The position numbers and the translations under genes were made by a program. A stretch of DNA of 64,000 nt from Eledone cirrhosa (taxonomy: Eukaryota). The first letter of the stretch is position 1; every line of letters begins with the position of its first letter. Below the pieces are notes generated by a model, which worked only from the letters and a program-made list of their open reading frames with translations, was not told the DNA's origin and did not search any database. This document shows, piece after piece, positions 41,085 to 52,726 of the stretch. Location: NCBI GenBank assembly GCA_964016885.1, contig OZ024742.1, positions 136,834,001-136,898,000 of the forward strand, in the 5' to 3' direction.

Positions 41085-41513
41085 TGAAACAAAATGAAAA
41101 CGAAATTTCATTTCTCACTCTTAGTATGGCACTTACTTAAATGTAAGTATGCATGTATACGTACATACATATATGTATACAGACGTACAGTAGCATGCAT
41201 ATATATATATATATATATACATATATACATACATATGCATACAGGTACACATACATATATGCACGTATCAGTTTAGCGGCGCTTATTGTAACGTCGCTTT
41301 GTTCGTTTGTAAACAAACTGAACAGCCTGAATGTATGCCATACGGTGTTAAGGCAACCACGTCACCTTTTTGTTCAACACTTTTGCCTTAACACCGTATG
41401 GCATAAATTCAGGCTGTTCAGTTTGTTTACAAACGAACAAAGCGACGTTACAATAAGCGCCGCTAAACTGATACGTGCATATATGTATGTGTACCTGTAT
41501 GCATATGTATGTA

Positions 41514-41546
<33 letters not shown>

Positions 41547-41602
41547 GCATGCTACTGTACGTCTGTATACATATATGTATGTACGTATACATGCATACTT
41601 AC

Positions 41603-41607
<5 letters not shown>
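41081..41607 (-). mobile_element. Hairpin element in (TA)n: tail 41081-41137, arms 41138-41356 and 41383-41607
   Basis: Near-perfect inverted repeat of about 220 bp, 26-nt loop, internal (AT)n in both arms. Confidence 0.88.
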
Positions 41608-41698
<91 letters not shown>

Positions 41699-41737
41699 AT
41701 ATTAAATAAATGGAAACTATATTTATAAAAGCATATT

Positions 41738-41803
41738 TATTTTATTATATATATTTCAAGCGCAACCAAGACAACATTGGTACGCTTTCATCAGATAAAA
41801 TAC
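41738..41803 (-). ncRNA. Type I hammerhead ribozyme
   Basis: tattttat-CTGATGA-aagcg..cgctt-GAAA-tatata-TA-ataaaata. Confidence 0.85.
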
Positions 41804-41896
41804 AAAGTTTGTTTTATAAATAGAGACACACCCATGAAAAACATACCTTATCGATATGATTTTCATGGGTATGTCTCTAATTATAAAACAAACTTT

Positions 41897-41963
41897 GTAT
41901 TTTATCTGATGAAAGCGTATCAATGTTGTGTTGGTTGCCCTTGAAATATATATAATAAAATAC
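41897..41963 (+). ncRNA. Type I hammerhead ribozyme (twin arm)
   Basis: gtattttat-CTGATGA-aagcg..ccctt-GAAA-tatata-TA-ataaaatac; 9-bp stem I. Confidence 0.82.
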
Positions 41964-42096
41964 ATATAGTTTTATAAATATAGTTTCCATTTATTTAATA
42001 TCATTGACTATTTACTCCAGTAACTTGTTGAGTGCTCTAAATCAGTTATAAACATTTATATTTGTCGGACTTCCAACAAATTAATTACCACTTCTA

Positions 42097-42154
<58 letters not shown>

Positions 42155-42363
42155 TGTGATTGTATGATATGCATGTGTTGAGCTGTAAGTTGTAGATATG
42201 GCTCTATGCATACAACAGTCAAAATTTACTGATGGAGCTAGCTATGCTGCAAAGTATATATTATATGTATCTTGGTTGAATTATACTCGAGGTTCGACGT
42301 TGACCTCTGCAAAAATCGAGTATCAACCAACATACATGCCTGCACACACACTCACATACACAT

Positions 42364-42432
<69 letters not shown>

Positions 42433-42562
42433 AAGTAACTATTCTACCGTGAACTCTTACGGTTTCTGCTCGAGACTTCACTCAGACGATTAAGTTAAAG
42501 ATAAAGGGGAATAGAAAGAGAGAGAGAGGTGGGGGACGGAAAGAGAGAGATGGAGAGGGAAA

Positions 42563-42656
<94 letters not shown>

Positions 42657-44534
42657 AAGAGAGAGGGAGAGAGATAGTGAAAGAAACTAAGGAAGATTTA
42701 GAAAACTATACTGTAAAAGCTTGTGGAAATATTTACTCGCTATCTGAGGAATGTGGAATTCATTGCAAGATAGTTTCGATTTTGTTTATTTTCATGTTTG
42801 CTTTATCTTTATTGTGTTTATGTTTTCTTAGTGATTTGACGACGATTGACTTCGTGCTGTTAGTTTAGAAATCTAGAGAGCTATTCACCAAAGCATGAGG
42901 ATCGGGTTCACTTACATATTAGCTTTCTCTCTCAACGAGTTCTAATAATTTGATATTTGTCAAGCCACCAAAAGCGCTTCCGCGTGGTCACCATATCAGC
43001 TATGATAATAACCAAATCCCCATCTGAAACCAAAGTCTGCCGTTTTCACATTTTTGATACCAAGCAACAAGATACCGAAACATGACCGACGATATTAAAC
43101 TGCATATTAATCCAAAATATTTCCTTTTATCATTTAAGTTGTTTCAAACAAAATTTTAATAATGAAAACGTTGTATAATCACTGCAAATTCATGGCTACT
43201 TGCAAAATTATTTGAAATCCAAAACCAGTGTCTTTCGTTTGAAATGTAGTAATAAAGGGGTAAAAAATGAAGAATAGTTTGAATTATATGTTTTAGATAT
43301 GTTGTATATGCTTAAAAACGAGATGACCACGGCTGGATTGTCTCCTCCACTACCACCTAAATTATCTTTGAGATAACGAGGAAACCACAATGCAGTTGCT
43401 CGGTCTTCCAGAAATAGCAGCCTAGTCTTTTTGAAATTATATCCTACCCTGTGAAAGAAGGAAGGATAATTTGTTGAACAAACTTTTTCTCGGTATACAA
43501 AAAACTGGGAAAATTCACGCCGAGAAAATCTTTGACTATGAGCCATCTCAATCAATGCTGGCACGAGACTAAGAAAACTTCAAAAACAGAAGTATAATAA
43601 AAACAAGAAAAACAAGAATTAGAACCACTACAGCTAGATATTTGCAGTTATTTTCTTTCTTTTCACACTCTGAAGCTGAAAACGTAGTTATGGAATGAAA
43701 CTTTTAACACTTGGTAATTCCTCCGTCTATGCTTTGCAGTAATTTTCTCGACTCGTTACATTTAGTGTAGAATTTCCACTCAGTCATCCTTCGTGAGTTT
43801 ATGAAATATATAATAGACAAATACAGGTACAAGATTATCTACGTCCAGCTATCATGCCTTTCACGTTTCGCTATTTAATTGGTGAAAGGTTGAGGACGCT
43901 GTATTATTGTTTAAACGTATATCTAAATGTATGACGATTACTCTACATGTTGCGTTTTTTTTTATGAGATACTACTGTGCATTTTGTCAAAGTTTTGTAT
44001 CAGACAGTGCTTTGCTAACATCATACATACACTCTTTATAATACACGGCTACAACATTACTACACACACAGTCAGACAGACACACACACACAGACACACA
44101 CACACACATATTTATATATGGAAAGCCACGAATGCAATTGTAGAATATTTACAAAGAACACACACACATTTATATATATATATATATATATATATAAATA
44201 TATATATACACATTTATATAAATATTTGTATATGTGAGCAGATCTTTCAAATATGTTATATTGAAAACACGAGTGTGCTTTAGTTTGATGAATCTTATTA
44301 AGTATTTTTCGTATTTCCTTGTTATTTAGTTATGCTTAGTTTAGAACACTACCATTTATATATCTATGTGTACATCAATAAGGAAATATGAAAAGTCCTT
44401 AATAAAAATGATCAAATAGAAGCACAGTTTGGTTTCCTATACACGACACGCGCCGACACACATATATTCATACACATCCACGTACACATCCACATACACA
44501 CACACATATATGTGTGTATGAATACAGAAATATT

Positions 44535-44587
<53 letters not shown>

Positions 44588-44620
44588 ATGTATAATATAT
44601 ACATTTACATACATATATAC

Positions 44621-44706
<86 letters not shown>

Positions 44707-45028
44707 ATATACACACATAAATATTTACGTACTTACATCCACACACATACATACACACATACAAACATACATACATATATGAATATACCTATAAGCCAAC
44801 GCAAACACATTCTTGTTCTCGTATACGAATTCTAGAAACATAGAAAGCGGCTTGAGAGAGAAAGAAAGCAGGAGGCTGGGATGAAGTATGTTATTCAATC
44901 GATAAGATACAACTTGTAATAAAAGAGAATAGTAAGAGTAACCATTGCCAACCAGAGTTGAGAGTTGGTTTCTACAGCCAGACAGCTTGATCATTTCTAA
45001 TATCATCTGGCGAGGAGAGATTTAGGGA

Positions 45029-45303
<275 letters not shown>

Positions 45304-45430
45304 AACGTTCTATTTAAATTGTTGGGATACAACAAGCAAACACTTTTATAACTTATATAAAGCACTCGACAAGTAATTGGAGTAAATATACGATATTAAC
45401 AAATGGAAACTCTATTTATAAAACCATATC

Positions 45431-45496
45431 TATTTTATTATACATATTTCAAGGATACCATGTTAAATTATGGTATGCTTTCATCAGACAAAATAC
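45431..45496 (-). ncRNA. Type I hammerhead in PLE terminal fragment 45301-45520
   Basis: gtattttgt-CTGATGA-aagcataccat..atggtatcctt-GAAA-tatgta-TA-ataaaata. Confidence 0.8.
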
Positions 45497-45807
45497 AATA
45501 TATACCAGTTTTATAAATAAATTTTAAGTAACCCTTTCAAAATGCAACTGTTACTTTTGGAAGACATCAGGATATTGGATTTGTTTATCATAGTAAGTCA
45601 TTGTGTTACGGAGAAGGAAAAATATCGTATATATATATATATATATATTTAACATGTAGAATCCCGAGTGGTGTCGTTGTGTGACCACAATTAAATAAGG
45701 TACTCATTGCGTACGTTGAGTATATAGGCATCCCTATATACTCAACATCCGTAGAAGTCATTCTCTCTCCCCCCTCTCTCTTTCTCTCTCTCCCCCTTCT
45801 CCCCCCC

Positions 45808-45857
<50 letters not shown>

Positions 45858-45863
45858 TCGCAT

Positions 45864-45896
<33 letters not shown>

Positions 45897-45989
45897 CACA
45901 CGTAATTACATACGCACGCACATGTTTGTATATATTTTTTGAATATGTGTATATATGATAATTTCATTGTATTTTACATATACCACCTG

Positions 45990-48540
45990 TTAGTCTTTAG
46001 CTAGATAGGTAGGGTGTCATGATAATTATAACTTCAGCGATGAAATAACTTATGAGCTGGCGTCAGGGAATATCGGTCTTTTAGGAAAACAGATTTAATC
46101 CTGGAGTCGAGGCTTTGTGTAGTTGTTAAATGGAAAAGAAGCATAGATGTATTCGCAGAATTTTCTGGATTCCAAAGTTACATCAAACTCTATATAAATG
46201 TAGATTTATTGCCGCTTTACAATCGGTACGAAGAGGCAGGTAGCTATTTTTGTCAGTAAGGCTTTAGCAGTAGGTTATGGTTAAGTATTGTGATGCGATT
46301 CTTAATAATTGTTCTACTTTTGGCACAAGGCCAGCAATTATCCCAGTGCATTACTGGTGCTTTATTTTATCTACCCCGTAATGATGAAAGGCAAAGTTAA
46401 CCTCGGTGGGATTTGAACTCAGACCGTAAAGGACGATTCTTAATAATAGTAATATGAAAATGAGATGGAGTAGAGGATCGACTACTATACTTGTGGCCTG
46501 TTTGGATTTAATAGAAGTGATAAAAATCAGGTACGTGTATGATTTGTTTACCTTATATAATCGTTCGGAGCTGGATTTCTTTGAGGATGGAATGGTTAGG
46601 ATAATCGATCTGGTCTTCGGACTGAAATATACTTCCGTTTCTTTTAAGAACGGGACATGCTTCATGTATTGAATAAGGTATAATGAGTACACGTATTAAA
46701 CAAAGGTTAAGCTCAAACAGGCAGTCTGATTTATAGTTAATCTTAAATATTTTATGTTTACAGTTGGTCTCTTCAAGCAGGTCAGAAATGTACCAATGGG
46801 TGGGAAGTATAGTTCTTTTCTGGCAGATGTATAAAACGCACTCGAGTAGCATTGAAGCGAATAAGAATGATTTCAAAATAAATCAGCTCAATTATTTATA
46901 CGACTAGTCAATAGAGGTGAGAGTTTATGATAAGAGTAGGGATGCTAGTATTCAGGTAGCTTGGATGCTCTTCGTTTCCCGCTGTTTACCCATGTTAATA
47001 AATTATAACATGTATTAAAGTCAAATATTAAGCTACTGTACAATAATTAACCAGTATAAAGTTTTGTAGAGGAGCTATGGAGACTATTAACGCAGATGAT
47101 TAGACAACGATTCGATAAAAAACTATTTATACAGATGTGTCGTAGCGCTGTCGTAGCGATATTTTGAGAAGGCCGTGTTCTTTTTCAAGACTGCAGTTAA
47201 GTAAGGAGTAAATGAGTGCCGAGAGAAAAAGGAGGTAATTTGATAGTTTGTGGGTTTTCCATAGAGCTGGTAATTCTATTTGCTTCCCCTCTTAGCTTTG
47301 TTGGTCAATCAGAGATGCTTGGCGTCTTTCGTGATTCATCTTTGTCCGAATGTGCACAGAGTGGTTGAGGTTGGACTGAGTTTAACAGGTGTGCATACAT
47401 GTAGGGTGTCATGTGTATGATACTGGACGACGGTACCTGAAAATATGGTTTAGCAAGGTAGTGTAGTTGATTGATGGTTGACTGACAGACGGATACAATA
47501 TCATGGACGGATGCCTGTAATGTTAGTGACTCTGACTTCGGACGTTTCCGTGTAGATCGCTGTTGTATTTCAATAGGCAGCGTTGCATTGCTTTCAGGTC
47601 AGTGGACATTTAGTAACTATTCTATGCTTTTGTTGATTATGTAATACTAAGATTCACAATCTAATATTCTTCAATCTAGTATCTTTCCAAATAAGGTTTC
47701 TGCTCAGTAATTTCGTTTGTTCTGTGTTGGCCTATGGATAACATGCTTTATTACGCAAAGGTTTTGTATCATATGTTTTATTTGCTTCCAACTGTTTTCC
47801 TATTTCGTTTACTTTGTACATGCACAGTTGTTTCATATGGTTTGTAGTTGTATTCACTTAGTTATTTATTGGCTGGACTCATAGGTTCACTTCTTTTCTT
47901 TTCGGGTATATTTGTTCGTTGTGGGTAAAGGTTTTGAATTAATTGATTGTGATCCTAGTATCTCGATTGGATCAGTTCAGTTCCTGGGAGTTGTGCTTAG
48001 GGTTAGACGCTACGCATGTCTGTGTACGGAATGGGTTATTAAGGGTTTTGGGTCGCTGGTTGTTCCTAAGGATTGTTTGGGTTATGCGTGAGTACCATGC
48101 AAATTAAGTAATAAAGGTGTAATCGCTGCAGATTATTATACAGAAGCTACGTAATATGATAACTGCAGCTTGATACGTCTGTCATTTCCATACCAGTAAC
48201 CGCTGCTCGGTGGATGTCGGTTTACGCAAATGGGTGTAATTATATAAACTATTCCTTAAGCATTATGATTCTTGTGATTGAAGTCATTTATATGGATATC
48301 GTTTACTTTGCGTTGGTTCATTATTCGTGTTGCTTTAATCTGGATGGATTTATCTTCAGATAAAGGCACTTGGCGGTCTTTTTTATACATAATAGGAAAA
48401 TAGTCTTTACGTTTCGGACACTAGTCTTTGATCAGAAGATAGAATGGGCAATAGAAGTTAAAATAGAAAGATAGAAAGTGTGAAGAGGAAGGAACGTAAA
48501 CAAAAATTAGGGGGAAAAGACGTGTTTCAGACAGCCATAT
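45990..48540 (-). mobile_element. Highly decayed Penelope-like element
   Basis: Traces of RT (KTHK, IIEL..FILKSF..FN, VPFL), terminal PGLN, and an upstream hammerhead remnant tctt-CTGATCA-a-agac tagt gtcc-GAAA-cg-TA-aaga at 48404-48439. Confidence 0.5.
46310..46433 (-). mobile_element. 5'-truncated SINE family A with 14-bp TSD
   Basis: cgattcttaataat at 46296-46309 and 46434-46447. Confidence 0.9.
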
Positions 48541-49151
48541 ATATATGTACGTTAAAAAAACACTGCAAGAAGATATATGTAATATAAACACACATTAAAA
48601 ATGTAACACAGGTATCTTCACACACATGTTATTTATACTTAAGTGAGATGCACGAGAAGCACATATGCACTTAAACATGGTGTATAGGATTCACAGACAT
48701 ACAGAGACACGGACACACGCACACACATACATACATACACACACACATACATACACACACAGACACACACACATACACACACAAAATATATATGATCACG
48801 GAGTGTACAAAACACCTCAACAGATAGTTGGTGTTATTTGAGTATCCAATTCTATAGTATTACCAAATAGAGTATTCTGAATGTATTTTCATTTCCTCTT
48901 CTAACGTTGTAATTATTTCTCATTGATTATTTCTCGTTGATATGTCGAGTGGCCTCTTTCTGGCCGATAAATACAACCACTATTTTCATTCGTACATTTG
49001 TTATTGTTTAGCTCAACAGCAACTAGTTAGATGAATAATGAACAACATATCTAGATGTCCCGCATGGTGACGCGTGATCCAAATTTTCATTACTTTGTGT
49101 ATTTGAGATCCATCCCTACGTTTTCTATAATACATAGACTCGCACAAGACA

Positions 49152-49269
<118 letters not shown>

Positions 49270-49397
49270 TGTTAAGTCTGTTTAATTTAAAGTCATAACA
49301 CTGTCAACCAATAAAGACATAGTTCTATCATGCTTGTATGAGCCAAGTGCCAGAATTGTAATGTCTAAATTCATGTGTATATATATATATATATATA

Positions 49398-49672
49398 TCA
49401 CAGAAAAAAATAGAATCAGTGTTGCGACGAATGGAATTTATTGGACATGTTACAATCGTTTCTCTGGCGACCAGCTCGAGGCACGATCGATGTGATGATC
49501 GAACCTGACTCTGAAAATTGCAAGGTCCTCAGATACGTCTTGATTCTACGAAGCAGATTTTCCTAATTCGGAAAATCTGGTCTTTTTTTCTGTGATATCA
49601 TACTCTGTCTATGAGAGCATCGAGTGCTCAAACGGTCTACCGCATACGGACGCTTTAAGCATCCAACACCAA
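49398..49672 (+). mobile_element. Hairpin element family H3, second copy; hammerhead-like fold on - at 49446-49537
   Basis: tcacagaaaaaaa../..tttttttctgtga termini; tail gagcatcgagtgctcaa.cgg..taccgcat shared with 10330-10365; CTGAGGA..GAAA-cgattg-TA. Confidence 0.75.
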
Positions 49673-49921
49673 TTATATATATATATATATATATATATTT
49701 CGTTTCTGAATTTGTTTAGCAAGATTCTTTATCTGAAATCGTGTGTTGAAACCGATATTGTTATACTTTGGGAGGGTCATGTTGCCAATAAGAAACACAC
49801 GCACCAGTTGCTTTCACTTCAATTTAATTTATTAAATATTTATAAGTTTACAAATTTATAAATTTATAAATTTCTGGTTGGTTGGTTGGTTCCACAACCA
49901 GATAGTTGTTTATATATATAT

Positions 49922-49966
49922 AGTCATAGTTCTTTCGTCACACACTCTGTGACCTCTTCAGTGACT
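49922..49966 (-). ncRNA. Minimal type I hammerhead ribozyme
   Basis: agtca-CTGAAGA-g-gtcaca gagtg tgtgac-GAAA-gaac-TA-tgact; predicted cleavage after CUA (49927). Confidence 0.88.
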
Positions 49967-50269
49967 GGGGATTTCTTTCTTCGTTTCTGTGCCTTTCCTT
50001 TCTTCTATCCTACGCCATTTTGTTTGTGTGTGGGTTGCGTGCTCAGTTTGCGCATGCGCCACATCCGGGTGTCTGTGTGTGTGTTTGTGTTCATTTTTCT
50101 ATTTTTCTATTTATATTTTTCTATTTGTTTGTTTATTTATTTATTTATTGTTGGTTGGTTGTTTGTTCTATGTGTGTGTGTGTTTTCATTTTGTCTTGTG
50201 TGTGTTTTCAATTGTAAGTTGTTTGTTCTATGTGTGTGTGTGTTTTCATTTTGTCCTTAATTGTAAGTT

Positions 50270-51020
50270 GTGATGTTGCTGTTCCACTCATATTTTCTAT
50301 TTAATTTGGTTTTAATTCTTTTATGCTTACTGCCTCTGTAATTTGCCTAAACATTGCGTCTTTCTTGTGTGTGGATTCTATTTTTATTTCTATGCTCTCT
50401 AATTTACCCCTGTGTTCTATCTTAGCATGTTGGTAGAGCACAGATGATTCTTTACTATCTTGGAGGTCTCGCCAGTGTTCATTTATTCGTTCCCCTATAC
50501 TACGAGCTGTCTCACCTATGTACACTACATTTTTGTTTCTACATTGTCCTTCAGTACATCTTATGCTATATACTACATTTCTAGTTTTACAGTTAATATG
50601 GGAGCTTATTTTACAGGTTATGCATTTCTTATCTATACATGAGGGTCTTTGGAACGGGTATGTCTTGCTAATAAGTGTTTTTACGGAGGTACCAGGTCTT
50701 TCTACTATCTTAATATTGAGATTATGTTTCTTTAGGGCCCTTCTAAATTTGTAGGCTAGTTCGCCTCTAGGGGTTGTATTGATGAACATTACACTCTGGT
50801 ATTTATTGCTATCATACCATGAGTTTATTCTATTGGCCTTGTTCTTAGTTCTTTCTATTCTATTCCAAAATTTGCTCCTATACAAGGGGCAGGTCCCATT
50901 TATGTCATTATTTACCATTTTTTCCCATTTGGTTCTGGCTCCTTTATACACTCTGATTCTATCTCTCTGATTGTAGCCAGAGAACTGCATACGGTGGATG
51001 AAGTGTTGTATGTGTCTCTC
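50270..51020 (-). pseudogene. PLE linker + GIY-YIG endonuclease, 5'-truncated
   Basis: MQFSGY..PLYR..W..C.DKKCITC..C..RNVVYSIRC..YIGETARSIGERINEH..H..H..RQITEAVSI; frameshifted NRKYEWN end. Confidence 0.9.
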
Positions 51021-52726
51021 TAGAAATATTTACTGATACGAAACTGTTTAAGCTTCACCATTTAGTCCACTGTTTCAACATTTCTTATTTATTATAATGT
51101 AGTCTAGTTGCACTTTCAATCGGTATTCGTTTCGTTTATTGAAGATTCAGGCTTATTAGTGCACATTCTGTTGCAAGATCGATTAAGTGTCGAGCGATTA
51201 GATATGTTTCTTGACGAAGAGAAAAATATTTTGAATCTGTGTGTCCAATTTTAGCGTTAGAATCAATCACCCGCACTTATGAACATTGTTACAATAGTAG
51301 ATATATATACAGCACGTGCCCTTAAAATGCCAGACGCAAGTTTTTTCTGTTTCAAAGATCACGTATTTGTTTTATCGTATCTGAAATAGCTGATCGTTTA
51401 GAAATTTATACACAAGTGTTAATTGTATGTGTGTTTAAAGATTAGACAGGAAACTCCTACAAATATCCTCCTCTTCCAATATTTCTATATTTCATCTACC
51501 TGACACCTACCCTGTGGATTGTCTCTCTTTTGACCACTGGCCGCTGGTCTCTGAGACATATTTGCTCATCGCTGTCTTAGCTGTTTTAACGGCTGTTCTA
51601 GCGATGAATATTTTCATTTGTATATGTACAAATGATATTGTTCTCATTCTCATTGGACAGCTTATTGGACCATTTATATGGATGTATGAAACAATAATTT
51701 ATATTAAATTCAATTCCGCATCCACATATGTGGCCTTATTGCTTGATATCTTCTTTTTCGACATTCTGTTGACAAAGAACGAGAGGGCGAGTGAGAGATA
51801 TGAGAAAAAGAAAGAATGAGAGATATGGAGTGCACGAGGTAGACAGGATAAGAAAAGGATGACGAGAAAGAGGTTGATAAAGAAAAATGATGATTGATAT
51901 AGACATAGAGATAGATAGTTAAATAGATAGATAGATAGATAGATAGATAGAGAGATAGAGAGAGAGGGAGAGAGAGATAGAGAAAGACATAAAGAAAGAG
52001 ATGGAGATAATGCGTAATAGAATATAAGAGTGAAAATATTAGAAGAGGCGGATAAGGGATGAAGTGGAGACGAGAAAAGCGATAGGTCCATACAGGTTCA
52101 CATTAAGCACATAAACACATCTAATCGCCAATGAGGTACAAATGAGAGTGGGAAAGAGAGTAAAGAAAGAGTCACAGAGTAAAAGAACGAGACAAAAGAT
52201 GTATTGAGACTTAAAAAAAGAGAGATACAATATCTGACGTGCGGAAGATTTTGCAACGCTACATTTGTAAGTGGGTGTAAGTGTATGTGTACTTGTGGAT
52301 AAATTTAAAAGCATATACATAAATATATATATTATTTAAACATACCCATATACACCCACACATACACACACACACACATTTATATATGTATATAATAGTT
52401 GTGTGTATACGAGTATAAATGTATGTATGTTCGTCTAGGTTCATAATTTTATAAAGTTTTACCAATAGAGCGAGAGTCGCTTCGTAAGACAAACAGAAGA
52501 CATTTTCATTGGAATGTAGACACCATCGACTAGGTATGCATTTCTGCATACATGCATCTGTATGCAGGTATGGATATTATTATATGTGTGGATGTGGATG
52601 TTTTGTGTTATATATGTGTATGTGCACATGTTTTGTATCCGTACATGTGCACATGGAGTTATTATATGCCGAATGTTTGGAATGTTTTACATATTTTTAC
52701 AGTTCCATTAATAAATTGTACTTGTA

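Larger units (their letters stand above)
41694..42098 (+). mobile_element. Hairpin element related to the 21-24.7 kb PLE termini; palindrome 41694-42006 plus tail
   Basis: Inverted arms, each with a hammerhead; tail homologous to 21074-21160 and 45301-45390. Confidence 0.88.
49698..51020 (-). mobile_element. Penelope-like element, 3' part (Naiad-like by motif recall)
   Basis: GIY-YIG ORF, 3' UTR, hammerhead, and a tail ending in (TA)n. Confidence 0.9.

Noticed and set aside
41694-42006. All palindromes as sequencing or assembly fold-back artefacts
   Set aside because: Arms here differ by many substitutions, the architecture recurs across families, and one mirror is split by a nested PLE. 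The near-perfect TA-centred ones (39511, 3903) still need read validation.
42455-42488. Further hammerhead-like traces (here on minus; also near 11114-11145 and 56365-56435)
   Set aside because: Core or stems too degenerate to support by eye.
43208-43564. 118-aa non-repetitive minus-strand ORF
   Set aside because: No recognisable motif, no ATG start and no splice context; length is compatible with chance.
50301-50990. Selenocysteine recoding as reported for some Naiad PLEs
   Set aside because: No in-frame TGA in the surviving fragment and no SECIS that I can support.
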